From: Dudresnaya verticillata
Taxonomy: Eukaryota
Assembly: GCA_977862235.1 (NCBI GenBank)
Contig: OZ374565.1
Span: forward strand, 806,001-870,000
Direction of reading: 5' to 3'
DNA length: 64,000 bases
The stretch's first letter is position 1; every line of letters begins with the position of its first letter. The notes under the pieces are model-generated. The model saw nothing but the letters and a program-made list of their open reading frames with translations, was not told the DNA's origin and ran no database searches. Below are positions 46,949 to 60,175 of this stretch, in pieces. The position numbers and the translations under genes are program-made.

Positions 46949-48215
46949 GTCTGTTAGGAAAGACGATTTTGGTTAGTCGTGGCGCGCGCAGTCGTAAGGA
47001 AAGTGCGTGGGGGGTTCTCGCTGGTTCTGGCAGGTTCGGACTGGCTCAAAGCGCCAGTCCGAGAGTTGCGTTTGCTTGGGTGTCTTTTCGATCTTCGACG
47101 AGACTCGAGCGGTGTTCGCACACACCGCGGTTCGAAGGGGAGCGCAATATTTGTATTTTCTTTTGAACACGGATCTGGATCGGACAGGGGCATTTTGGCC
47201 GCACGGATTTAGGACAAATGTCTGCCAAGTGTCACGGAGCGTGGAGGGCTTTGCTTCTGGGCGCAATAAGTGTTCCCGCTGGCCGCAGTCGCTGTGCACG
47301 GCTGTAAGACGCGAGAGTCCAGTACAGTTCTGTCGCAGTTTAATTTAATGTTGGCGCACCACTGGCATTGAGCCAAGTCGCGGGGGGAGGTTGCGACGCA
47401 ATAGCTCGCTGTTCCGACAGGCCCTAAGATAGAAAGTAGTGGGGCACCGCAAGGAGCCGACGGGTATGAAATACAAAGTGCGCTAATCTTGATACTCGCT
47501 AGACTAAAACCACTGTGAGCCCGCCGAGGAGTTGCCACAAAACGTCATTCACCAGCATTGGAATAGAAAGCGTACAGAGACAGGAGCTGCGCGACGCAGT
47601 GGCGGAATACCCCGCGAGTAACGCATCATCTTCCACTTCACTACCCGTTTATTTTACAAACACGGACATGAACGCCGGACTCAGAATCACCGAACCCTTG
47701 ACCAAGGGACGCTAATCCGCAATATGTAGTAGAGACCCTTGGGAAACTATTATCGATGATCGCTACGCATGGCCGCAAGTCCCCGTGGTGCCAATTGGGT
47801 ATAAAACTTGTATAGGGTGGCTGTGAACCCGTGCTCACGGGCCCACTACTAATATGTGGGCCCGACGGGCACGGCATGATGGGCGTAGTTCACTCCCCCT
47901 CCGCTACTGTAGATGGGTTCACTCAAATCACAAGGTTTACTTACAAGTGCCACCAATACGGGGTAATATATTTAAAGCTGGAGCCATGCAGAAGGCGCCG
48001 TGCAGACTATCATGCATACCTCCTTCTATTTGTCAGACCCCGAGTCCGTAGTGGCTTCGCAATGCATCCGTTTATTCAGCATGTTGAACTTCCTACCGGT
48101 TTCGGTAGGAAGGCGGCGAAGCAATGCGTGTACTTTGCGTCGAAGGCGCGCAGGCGCAATACGCCCGATCCGCGCCGTCGCGGAGTAAGTTTTGGAAGTA
48201 GATGCGTGTTCAACG

Positions 48216-51200
48216 TAGATTGTTAGTGTTGAACTTCCTGGGTTGCGGTGGTTGAACCCCAGAGCTAGGTTTTCATGTTAATTTGCAACTTAATGAAATT
48301 ATAGCTACGTAAGCAATTGAAGTGGAAGAGCACGAATGCAAGCATTAACGACCGATGCTACAGTACGGTACTATTGCTATTAATTGTTGTAGTAGCGCTA
48401 TTCAAGGGCAGAAAGGAGAGTTAATTCATCGGATTATAGTTGTGGTCGCATGCAATGGAGGCCACAGCGATACTGCTAATACCGAAACCATAAAGTGTGG
48501 CACGTCATCTCAAGTCAAATTGCCACACATAATGTTTTACTTCGTTCTCTGTTGTTGGCGCATCGATTCTCCAAGACCCTCTCGAACAAATCTCGTTACG
48601 TGCGTAACTTACTTTAAGGAAATAAAACCGATCCATTTCCGATGTGCTAGAAGATAGACCCGGTTAGAGCCATAGTGATTCGATCAGCTTTGATAGTCTT
48701 GGAGGCTGCGTATTCAATTAAAAATCCCCTTGTCCAGCTTCGTCATGAACGTACCTCTAAGTATTGTCAACGTGACGAACACGGTGAACGTTTTTGGCAC
48801 CTTATGACCAGCGTATAGAGCGCAAACGTTCTTCTAATATAACTGAAGGGCGATTTGGATTGAAACAAAATTGGTTGAGAACATTACGGAGCCATGAAAC
48901 CGTATTTGACACATCTGTCCCTTCTTTCACACAGCTAGATAAGGGGACAAAATCAGCTTCTGTTGTGGAAAGTGTAGTGTAGGTTTGGAGTTTGGAGTCC
49001 GCATAACAAGACCTTTTTATTGACCGTGACAAGCATCCCAGAGCTCGAACGGGGCTTGGCCTTCTCATGTCTGCAGTCCGAAATGCACCAGACTTCTAAA
49101 TTGATTGTGTTGCCCGATATGGTTCACAACTGAGATGCTTTTTGCGGAAGGACACCGAAGCTTTCTGCTCCATGTAGGTACTCTATAACATGCTTGAGGG
49201 CGGCCCAATGGGATGGTGTGGGGCTGCCATATACGTTCCGAGCATAGAAAGGCAGTACTGATGTCGCGGTGAGTTCTTGTGCATAGGTAAATGAGACTAC
49301 CCACGAGGCTGGCGTATGGAAAGGCTTTCATCCGTTACTCATCGTGATCATAGAGCGCAGAAGGAATATCACACAGAACGTATCCAATCGGTAAATGGGA
49401 GGGCTTAGCTTTGACGCCGTCCATCCTGCATTATTGAATTAGGAGATTTGCAACGGTTTCTAGTCATAAAGATACCGTTCGGAGTTTCTTGAAACTTGAA
49501 ACCGAGGAGTAATCTATGCCTTACCAGGTCCGTGACTTGTAACACAGTTTCAAGCTTTGGTATCAGGACTTATACCAAGGTGGACTTCCAAACATCAAAT
49601 TGTCGTCTATATGCCAAGATGTAGACAACGCCATCTGCACTATTCCATACAAACACGCATTCAATCGTTGTCAATGCACGGAATCGAATAGACTTGCGAA
49701 ATGGTCTATGAACCTTAAACTACAACTTAGGAGCCGGTATTAGCTCATATAGTGGCTTGAGCACGCGTGCAATTCGGTCTTTAGCTTTTGTATCACGCGA
49801 TATAGTGGGTAGCTTGATCCAAATACGAAATGTTGCTGGGAGCTTAGCGTAAAGGAAGATGGCCGTATTTATAATGTGCTTTCTGCTCCACTTTAACGCT
49901 TCGCAAAGCGTCAGCAGCAGTCGAGTCAACTTAATACAAGCGACAGGATTGTATGTCTGAGCTGCAGATAACCAATTTCTTTGTTCACGTGTTTATTCTT
50001 TGAAATTCGCTGGCTAGCCATTTTCATCACTTTTCAAGCGGGAAACCCCGTAGGAACATCCTCTCCATCAATGGGGACGGATATATCCTCTTCATAGGTT
50101 GATACCGCCTTCAAAGTTTCTAATTCTTCATTAATAGCTCTGATCCATAGGGGTGCTTCAGGACATTTGAGGGCCTCTCTAACCGTATCTTCGCCCGAAG
50201 TTGTGACAGAAACTGGTAATACAGCAAACAGATCGCTGACTGGCTCAAGGTTTAGAAAGTTGTATCGCGGGCCGGAACCCCGGCCTTTGTTTTGAAAAAC
50301 ATTTTTCACTACCTGTTATATCTTCACTCCCGTTTAGTGCATTGGGGGCACGGCGTTCAGCAATATCGTAATCAATTTTCGAAATCATCGGGATTGCAGG
50401 TGCTGGGGTGCTCTGAAACATGCGTCAGGGAATCCGGTGCGGCATGTGATGCGGCCCTGAAGTCAGAAATGCTTACTGACCCAAACTCAGATAACGAAAC
50501 TTCTATAGAGCTCTCGGAGTCACTTGAGCTTCGAGACAAGTTGTTGATTTCATTAGCAGTACTGTCATAATTTTCCACTATGGAATCATATACAAGAGAA
50601 GAAGAATCATTAAAAGCCATTCACTTTGTACGGACATTACGTCCTGCCTGAGTCAGAAATTTGCACATGCCACCCTATACATGCCCGATGTGAATACCGT
50701 TGGGAAATCTCTTCTGGAAGGGCTATAATATTAGAGCAGTGGGGAGATGCGTGACGATACTCCCAAAGGGACTGATGTACTGAACGTGGTGGGATTGGTC
50801 GCAAACACAACGTTATATGGAATCGCCTTTTCGCTTAATGTCCTAGCATGTTTTAGGATTGACTGACAGGTTCACGGCGTCAGGCCCAGAGTACAGGTGG
50901 TAGTTTTGCTATAGAAAGAACTGCGAGACTTAGTGAAAGTAAAGTGACAATCGTTAGCTCTGCACGGACATTTGATCATGGTGTAGGAGGTGTGATCTTG
51001 TTGGTGATTATTCCTTCTGCTTCAAGGGCCACTGTAGCCGTCCTAAACTCACCACCACCGTCATAGTAAAATGATAGAACAGGGTGTTCTGACTGGCGCT
51101 AAACGTTTCCATCTGAAGGAGAATTGCGCTGCTGACATGAAACTTAGTCACTAAAGTAGAAAGCATAACTATTAGGTCCTTTTCGTCCGCGAAAGAAAAA

Positions 51201-54200
51201 GAGTAATGATCAGCCGGCGATATTGGTTTAATGCGGTCCTTAACATCTTCATTCAAGTGACGGTATTGAGCCTTGGTGAAGGAGTCCGATAAGTTCATTC
51301 TGTACTTGCCGATGACACAGTGCTCACATTATTGGTTTCTGCATGTCGGTTTGGATAAGGCCCTACTGCAAATTAATGAGCGGATTGTTCCAAGGCTTCC
51401 GAAAGGACCATGATGATTATGCCATGGTTTAGATAGTATTCCGGAACATTTTCGTCAGGGCGAGGGCACATGTCCAATTCCAAGTAGTATTATCCCGGGC
51501 TAGAGAAGGGACACAGAGATAGATGGTTGTGTATCCTAGTTGAAAGTAGGAGTCAATTCGTTTTCAGCTTCAAAATATGGGTTACGGTAAAAGTATTCCA
51601 TTGGAATGCCCAGACTAGTCGGTACAGTTTTATCATCATAATGAAATGCGATTCCTTCCTTCCGATGTCGTAGATGAAGAGTTAGAATCACTAGGCGTAC
51701 GAAGCAGCTCATCAGATGTTGGTCAGATACTGCATTATTCCGGACGACCCAGCAAGGTCTTCGGAATTATCTGTAAACGTAACAAACGGCCCACGCATTT
51801 GACAAAGATGGCATGTTTGAATAAAAGATAAATATTTTCTAATATACCCAGATATATCTGTGGTAATGTGAAGTTATCAAGATTGACGCCAAATTCTGAA
51901 GAGAACATCTCTCTTCAAAGGTGTCGCAGCCTTTCGCACCAAAGCGCAAACCCTGACACATAGAGTGACTTCGACGAGCTGCGCGCCTTTTCCACGCGCA
52001 GCCCAAGACCATTTCCAGACACTACCCCGCCGTTTTCCTCTCCTGCCTACACACTGAACACGCTACACCACCCTCCATTCCAAACTCCAATCCACATTGC
52101 AGAAGCATGCCTCCCACTAGTCGCAAAGCCGCCATTGATGCTGACGAAGCCTTTGATCTCCTTGATGAGCGCGCCGCGGCGTGCCAGGATGAAATGGAAA
52201 GGTTTGTCGAAGCGCTTGCTCTCTCGGAAAGCAACGATGAGGATGATACCGATTGCCCAATACTCACGCGGTTCTTCCAGGAAAATGGGCAACACCACCA
52301 TCATGAAAATGACAAACTTCACGCTATCGGTGTTTGTCGCTTTGTGGAATCATCTAGCGCCACATATCTCACAGAACTATAACAAGGGGGAATCAAGTCC
52401 CCAATCAAGGCAAAAGATCTTTTATTCATGACGATAGCCACTCTGAAGCGTACCTTCAAATGCGATCTGATGGCGCACGTATTCCGCGTCAAGGCCACAA
52501 CTTTTGAAAAGCGTGTGACGCCCATGGTGAAATTGCTCTCGGACTTCGCATATGTCAAGTTTGTTAGACGATTTGAGGAGAAATACACGATGCAAAAACT
52601 GCACGACGAGAAGACGGTCTTTCGAAATTACCATATGTGTCTCTACGCGACTGATGTCACTTTTCAGCAATTATTTAGTCCTGGAAGTTCGTTGGAGGAA
52701 GCCAAAAAGATGTTCTCCGGCAAACATAAGCTTTAGGGCTTTCAGGTAGAAGTAAGCGCACTACCCAACAGTTTGGCTGTAGAGCCAACAAAACACTTTG
52801 CGGGAACTGTAAATGGCATTGAAATAATGCGGCAGCACGCTGGGTTTCACGACGATCTTCTGGAGAAGAGGGGAGACAAGGAGGCTATTGTGGATATTGG
52901 TGTTGGGGCTGCTAGACACAAGGAAAGCTGGGCCGTCTTGCTAGACAAGGGTTATAGAGGAATTGATGAAGAGATACGTGGGGTTATACTGAAGAAGAAG
53001 CCGCAAGGAGGTATTTTGACGCTGGCGGACAAAGGGGAGAATGAGGACAAGGCGAGTGACGGAGTCATTGCTGAAAACGTCTTCGGGAGGCAATGCACTT
53101 TGTGGACTGTCCTCGGTCCACAGAATTTGACGGGACGCCTTGTGTTTGAAGCAAATCCTTGTTTTGATCCGGTTCGCAGTAGCTGTCCGAGGACTGTAAC
53201 TTCCATATTCACTGTCCTCGTCAAAGACTCGTGAACCTTTAAATTACTTAGTTCAGTGTGAAATCGGCACAACTGCCTAGGCGTCTTACTGGAATATCGA
53301 TCATCGTCATCCGTCTCAGCCAAAAAGATCCAGTTTCATCTTCAGATCATAATGAACTACTCGACTCACATATGTATTTGATAGAGGTTTGAGTTTGCGG
53401 TATCGGGCGTTGGTGGCTCATTTCTAGGGTTGCAAAAATTGCACTGAGAGGCGCAGTTATTCTTTGAAAGCATTTTCTTAACGAGTGCCATCATAGCCCT
53501 TCCGAGATATCTAAGATCGAAGATTGCAACTTTGCAAGCCTGGTCTTGATTTCAACCAATATAATACGGGCCATCTGGTCCCTGGCGAGCATATCCAATT
53601 ACTTGAAACTTGTTGCCTGCATCTATGAGTAAATGAACCTCAGGGATAAAGAGGGTGTAGATTCCGTCTGCACCAAGAGCACAAAGTGATAGTAGGCTCA
53701 TGCAGAGTTCTGGAGCGGCTAGAGTATTACTTAAGGATAGTTTGATAACGCCACCATCTCCGTCCCAAGAAACATTACGCACCCCTTTGTGGTTAGTAGT
53801 TAACTTAGAATCGTCCGCAAGAACAATTGGTATGTTGTACGATTCCCGTTGCTGAACATCAGTAATAGAGAGCATCATGTGGGGCTTTGTGCCCGAATCC
53901 AACACAATTGGCTCCTGTCCAATAGTTGCGAACATTTCACGAGTAGTTACAGCACGCTCTTCGGGAGAGTTGCTATTCTTCTGCTTGATTTCTATTCTTC
54001 TTTTCGCTGCGTTTTTCCTTAGCATCGGCATCAGACTGGAAATTATTTGTCTAATGTTTGCAAAAGTAGTCCACTTGCCTCTGGATATGCTGGGGTAGGA
54101 TACGTTTGTTTTTAGCATTGTAACGATTTAATAAACAGATATTTCTGCTGAGGTTTGCCTTATGGCATATTTCACAAAAACGTTGGAGTAGAAGAACAGC

Positions 54201-55675
54201 ATTAGAACGATTGTTGTGTTTCTTGAAGATCACAAGTGCTTTTTGCTCTTCAAGTAAGCGGGCAGTAACATACTCCTATTTCACACGCTTTTCTTCCAAT
54301 TTCTTGATACCAGCAACAACAGGTTGAAGATGCTCAGCTTCTACAGACGTAATCAAAATTGCAATAGCCATGACGTCATCAATATGCGAGCCCATGATCT
54401 TGAGCTTCTCAAGAAGCCCCTTCATCTTATCAATATGACCAGAAAGGTCGTTTTAGACGTCAAAGTACTTTAAGGTGAGAAGTTCACTCATGTATGAAAT
54501 ATAGAAAGCAGTAGGTTTTGAGTCGTAGCGCTGGTGCAACATCCAGAACAATTTTCGAGGATTTCCAACCACAGACCTGAAAATACACCACGGCTTGTCA
54601 GAGAGAGTACTGACTGCGATGTTGCCTACCATTCTCTTCCTTTTGTTCAAATCAGCTGCGGTGTCCTCCTCACCACAGGTCTCATTCTCCTTAATACCTC
54701 CTACATTCTTTGCGTCGCAGGCAGCCTCGACCTTAATGTGCCAAAAACCGTAGTTTCTTGAGCACTAGTGGAAGTGCAGGTAAAGTTGGGAGTTGTATGG
54801 TAAGGTGTAGTCTGCCTTTTACTGTGGAAAGGACTGGGAGAGTACTTTTAGCCGAGCTGAAGTGCAATTGAGAGAAGGACAAGATTATATAATTTTCCAA
54901 GCGCAGCGGTTATCACTCCTGTTGGTGAATTCCTGTGACTGGAAGCCTAGGGAAAGGCTGAACGCCCAGAAGTGTTGAATCTGGAACTTACGGTTGCAGC
55001 AATACCAAACTCCAAGCTGAGTTGCAGTAGTACAGCTGCAGAAAACGGTATTCAGGAAAGCTTGTAGTCAGAAAAGCTTAACATCCGACAGCTACATATA
55101 TAGCAAAAATAACAAGCTTGGGCTAAAGTTTGTGCAACATAGTCGGAATTTGATTTTAGAGGCTTGATTTTGACTCTGTCGGATAGATCCATGTTGGTTC
55201 AAAATTCTTGCCGGCCGGCATCAGAATAATTGATAACAGAAACTCTACAAGTTTATGACCGTATCCTGTAGTCAGACGGAGACACAGCTTCAGCGATGTA
55301 CTTCAAGAAAACAAATAACGAATTTGTTGAACTAGAAGCTTCGCGATGCTCCCATTTTGAAACCGATATGCGGTCAATGTAGATTGTTAGTGTTGAACTG
55401 CCAGAATTGCGCTGGTTCAACTCCAAAACCCGGCTTTTATGTTGTTTTGGAACTTAGCAAATTGGCGACTACGTAAGCAGTGGAAGGAATACAGCAAGAA
55501 TGCCACCACTAACGACTATTGTTAGAGTACGGTACTAATGCTCTGAATTTTTGTAGTAATACTCTTCAAGGGTAGAAAGGAGAGTCAATTCACCCCATTT
55601 TTTGTGTCCGTATGCAATGGAGACGAGAGTGATACTGATACTGCTACACACATAAACTGTCGGACGTCATCGCGG
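48216..55675 (-). mobile_element. Old Copia element with diverged LTR pair (~48216-48513 and ~55379-55675)
   Basis: Direct repeats beginning GTAGATTGTTAGTGTTGAACT; gag remnant 54200-54750; protease IVLDSGTKPHM; RT WIRAINEELETL, PYASLVGSLIYL; RNase H TLSTTEADF. Confidence 0.85.
51690..53300 (+). mobile_element. ISL2EU/Harbinger-like DDE transposon, copy 1 (3'-deleted pseudogene) nested in the Copia
   Basis: YATDVTFQ, FSGKHKL, LLDKGY, AENVFGR; inverted homologue of 58270-60175; deletion after LWTV (~53113). Confidence 0.85.
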
Positions 55676-56266
55676 TTCTAAGCGCGACATATAGAGCTGT
55701 AGCTCGTTCTCCGTTGTTGGTCCATTGATTCTGTAAGATTAACGGCCTCGATATCTGAGGTGCGTAGTGGAAGGCCGGCTTCCCCACATCCATTATGGAG
55801 CTTCCGGAGAGCCGCGCTATCTATGCGAATATCCGCATCGGCAGCAGTCAGCTTCTCCGAATCTGTGTTCTTCTTCTGTTCGACGATCACGGGGTGCAAA
55901 TGAAGCTGTGGAACTCAAACCGGGCCCGAAGTCCTAACAAAAACCACGGAGTAGCTCAACACAGGTTTCGTTTCGTTTCCTCCCTCCGTTTCGGTGTAAT
56001 AGCCGCATGTTGTGTTGCGGGTGAGCTCCAGGTATGGAAGTCGGCTTGTCGACGGCCGCTAGCGAGATACACATATCCGTTCCCGAGTCTTCTGGCGTAC
56101 CAAAAAGGCCTGATTTGGTGGTCGCAGTTGCTTTTCTGTGATTGCTTGGCTGGTTTCGTCTTCTTCATGTCTGCTGACGCCGACATACTCGCTGTAGTAG
56201 CATCCTCGCGTGCCCTCGACTTCGCACCCGGTGTGGGCTTAGATCAAACAACCGGTCCGAAGACTG

Positions 56267-57047
56267 TCTAGTACAACTGCAAGGGAGCCACTGAAACAGG
56301 CTCTTCTAACCGCCTAATGGGACAAGCTGGCCAAGGAAACGAAGACGCTTGACTATATAACGGCAGCACCGACGCACGGACGGCGGTGACCTTCTACGTG
56401 TCTAACACGTGTCCACCAGGTGTACACGTGTTACACACGTTGCCACCAACGACACCGAGATGCACCACGTGGCGAGATGTACACGTATAATCGCGTGTGT
56501 AAGTGTGTAATCCGGGTCACGGCCAGACGCAAACGGAAAATGGATTTGGCCGCAAACGAAATCGAGAGAGGGGCAATGAAAACATTAAGGAAAAGTCTAC
56601 CTAATATGGCCAATAACGGCCTAAGAAGTACTATATTTGGTCTAGTGGAGCCACCGCAGTTGCGTGGAGCCCGGATAAAAGTAGTTATTATGGCCGCTGT
56701 GGAGGAGCCTCGGCTACTAACTGTAGAGTATCTCTCGATAAGCTCAGGGCCAATTTTGGCCTATTTAGAAGGACCCTCACTGCGGATCGGCCATAAGAGA
56801 TACGCAGCCGTCCCGACAGAGGTTGCAAGTAAATGTTTGCAACCTTTCCCCAACTCGGTCATTTCATCGCTCTCATCCGGATTTTGGCCGCGAATTCGTC
56901 GACGCGCACGCACTCTACCACACTTGCTACGAGCGCATAGGTTTATTCTACATTCGGCCGTTTTGCTATCAAATACGCTCCCACTTTCAGGCCCCCTTGG
57001 GATCTCGTTTTGGTTCCGCACACGGCGGTGCTTTTCGAGATACTACA
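56267..57047 (+). mobile_element. Solo LTR, family D
   Basis: Colinear with 33794-34567; same end GCTTTTCGAGATACTACA; TSD GACTG/GACTT (4/5). Confidence 0.8.
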
Positions 57048-57418
57048 GACTTCAGAAACGGCAGCATCACCTGCTACCGCCCTGCTTCTAGCCCCTCGAG
57101 GGCTCCGTTGCCGGTGACTCAGTAGTGTGGTCACTCCGGCTACGAATGCGCGTTAACTCGGGAAAGGGTTCGCACCCAACTAATACGTAACGGCCTCGGA
57201 GCCTATACTGTAAAGGGTGACTCTCCTTTTCTTCGCTCTGAGCGTGTTACACACCAACGTTAACCGACCAATATTGCCAACGGTGCGCTCACCCCCGTTG
57301 GCGCGAACACATCACATACGTATGCCACTGAGCGGTCCTCGGCCAGAACGGCTCGTGCGCGTGTGGACGCCGCGTTTGGAGTCATACACACGCACGCAGC
57401 GATACCCAGACACCTAGT

Positions 57419-58267
57419 TGTGGCATAGCTGTGAGACCAGCGTTGCCACGCATGCGCAGCTGTAAGACAAGCTGCGCTTCGCACGCGGCTTTAAGACCAG
57501 CCGCACTGTGCGCACGTTGTCAACCGGTGGCGCCGAAGCCCCGCTGGCGCTGTCAGTCAGTGCGCTGTGGCGCCCACGTGTACGGGTGTGACACTGACAC
57601 TCTCGTCTTATTTCTACGTTTATTTTTTGTGTGTAGTGTACTATAACATCTAGTGTAAGCGGCAGTGGAACGCCTTGCTGTTCCACGCGACGCGCTCACG
57701 CACTCCGGCGTAGAGCCGTTGAGTTCGTGACACGCGCGTGCGCACTCCGGCGTCGAGCCGTTGAGTACGTGGGCACCGTTTCGCCCAGGCGCGCCCTCGG
57801 GTTACCGCTACCTGTACGCCTCGACGCGTATCGGAGCGCGCCGGCGCACCTCCCGGGTAGGTGCCGTCGCAGGCCCTGTAGTCTATTTAGTAGTCGCCCC
57901 TCTGGACTTGAGTAAACAAGGCAACCCAGCCTACACCAGACTTTCCCCTTTCTGCTTTGGGTTTCTTTCCCAGTCCTTCGCCCTACGGCTTCCCTCTTTC
58001 CCTAGCCGCCTAGGCTTTCCTTTTCCTTTCCCTACCGTCGGCTTCGTGCCGCCCCACGACGGGGACCCAAGGATCCGGCCGCTGCCGCCCGCGTACGGTC
58101 CGCCCCGGTCGCGCTCAGGCTTCGACGCCGTAGATTCGCGACCGTCTACCGCGCGCGCGGCCGACACCACCGCTCTATCACCTACCGTTACCACCCTTCG
58201 ACTGGTGTGGGTGCGACGACGAGAACAACCGCGCTAGATGTCAGCTCAACCTGACATCTATGCCACA
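57419..58267 (+). mobile_element. Solo LTR, family A
   Basis: TGTGGCATAG...CTATGCCACA; perfect TSD CTAGT; highly similar to 62880-63716. Confidence 0.93.
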
Positions 58268-60175
58268 CTAGTCAGTTAAGCCGATTTCACACCGAACTAA
58301 GTAATTTACAGGTTCACGAGTCTTTTACGAGGATAGTGAATAGTGGAAGCGGAAGTTACAGTACTCTGAAAGTTATTGCGAACCGGCAGAAAAACAAGGA
58401 TATACTTCAAACACAAGGTGTCCCGTCATTTCGAAGGTTGGTATTGTAGACAGACTAGCAACTTGTGCTGTACGAACCATCCAACAGCGCTCCAGCTTCC
58501 TCCTCTTCCAGGCGACCGTGTAACGCACGCTCAAGTGCACGCTTACGGCGCTTTCGGTATGACTGCTGAGCTCGTTTGCGCTTATTGAGGCTTGTCTCTG
58601 CAGTTTCGTGCATGCGTTTCTCGTAACGTTCGTACCCCTTGCCATCCGCGTCCCGTAGGGGATTCCAACGAATCTCCACATTAGTTAGAGCCACAGTAAG
58701 GTCGAAAATATTATCGTACATGTCTTCCGACCAGCGGTACTTGCTACCGATGACAGTCCACAAATTGCATTGCCTCCCGAAGACGTTTTCAGAAATGCCT
58801 CTGTCAGTCGCCTTGTCCTCATTCTCCCCTTTATCCGCCAGCGTCAAAATGCCTCCTTGCGGCTTCTTCTTCGGTATAACCCCACGTATCTCTTCATCAA
58901 TTTCTCTATAACCCTTGTCTAGCAAGACGGCCCAGCTTTCCTTGTGTCTAGCAGCCCCTACACCAATATCCACAATAGCCTCCTCGTCTCCCCTCTTCTC
59001 CAGAAGATCGTCGTGAAACCCAGCGTTCTGCGGCATTATTTCAATGTCATTTACACTTTCCGCAAAGTGTTTTGTTGGCTCTACAGCCAAACCGTTGGGT
59101 AGTACGCTTTCTTCTACCTTAAAGCCCTAAAGCTTATGTTTGCCGGAGAACATCTTTTTGGCTTCCTCCAACGAACTTCCAGGACGAAATGATTGCTGAA
59201 AAGTGACATCAGTCGCGTAGAAGCACATAGGGTAGTTTCGAAAGACCTTCTTCTCGTCGTGCAGTTTTTGCATCGTGTATTTCTCCTCAAATCGTCTAAC
59301 AAACTTGGCATATGCGAAGTCCGAGAGCAATTTCACCATGTGCGTCACACGCTTTTCGAAAGCTGGGGCCTTGACGCGGAATACGTGCGCCATAAGATCG
59401 CATTTGCAGGCATGCTTCAGAGTGTCAATCGTCATGAATAAGAGAGCTTTTGCCTTGATTGGGGACTTGCTTCCCCTCGCCTTGTTATAGCTCTGCGAGA
59501 TATGTGGCGCTAGATGGTTCCAGAAATCTCCGATAACGTGAAGTTTGTCATTTTCATGATGGCGGTGTTGTCATTTTCCTGGAAGAACCGCATAAGTATT
59601 GGGCAATCGGTATCATCCTCATCGTTGCTTTCTGAGAGAGCAGGCGCGAGAGCAGGCGCAAACCTTCTCATTTCATCCTGGCGCGCCGTGGCGCGCTCAT
59701 CAAGGAGATCAAGCGCTTCGTCAGCATCAATGGTACCGTTGCGACTAGTGTGAGGCGTGCTTCTGCGATGTGGATTGGAGGTGGGAATGGCGGGTGGTGT
59801 AGCGTGTTCAGTGTGTAGGCAGGAGAGGGAAACGGCGTGGTAGTGTCTGGAAATGGTCCTGGGCTGCGCGTGGAAAAGGCACGCAGCTCGTCGAAGTCAC
59901 TTTGTGCGTCACGGTTTGCGCTTTGGCGCGAAAGGCTGCAACATCTCTGAAGAGAGATGTTCTCTTCGGAATTTGGCGCCAATCTTGATAGCTTCACATT
60001 ACCACAGATATATCTGGGTATATTAGAAAATATTGATCTTTTATTCCAACATGCCATCTTTGCCAAATGCGTGGGCAGTTTGTTACGTTTACAGATAATT
60101 CCGAAGACCTTGCTGGATCGTCCGGAATAATGCAGTGTCTGACCACCATCTGATTAGCTGCTTCGTCAGCCTACT
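58268..60175 (-). mobile_element. ISL2EU/Harbinger-like DDE transposon, copy 2 (transposase pseudogene ~58455-59760)
   Basis: ORFs 59127..59435 and 58455..59090 with YATDV, DKGY, ENVFGR, ALTN motifs; homology to copy 1 resumes left of the solo LTR at ~57400. Confidence 0.87.

Larger units (their letters stand above)
40404..47424 (+). mobile_element. PIF/Harbinger DNA transposon, complete ends, with cargo
   Basis: Perfect 15-bp TIRs GGGCCTGTCGGAACA / TGTTCCGACAGGCCC, with TAA on both sides (40401-40403, 47425-47427); transposase on +, ORF2 on -. Confidence 0.95.
35050..48000 (+). mobile_element. Highly decayed Ty3/Gypsy element, split by the Harbinger insertion; right end approximate
   Basis: Protease VLDSGAG (~35810); RT IEPSASEW, FCVDY, MPVGLKN, VYLDD (36840-37330); RNase H LDTDA (~37660); integrase TDNGRQF and AYHSQTNGQSERFN (39520-39645); possible chromodomain remnant QYVVE at ~47720. 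Confidence 0.8.

Noticed and set aside
56420..57091. 223-aa ORF, and similar ORFs at 57761 and 63358
   Set aside because: They lie in solo LTR sequence; the 56420 frame is not preserved in the 33794 copy, and the shared 57761/63358 translation only reflects repeat identity.
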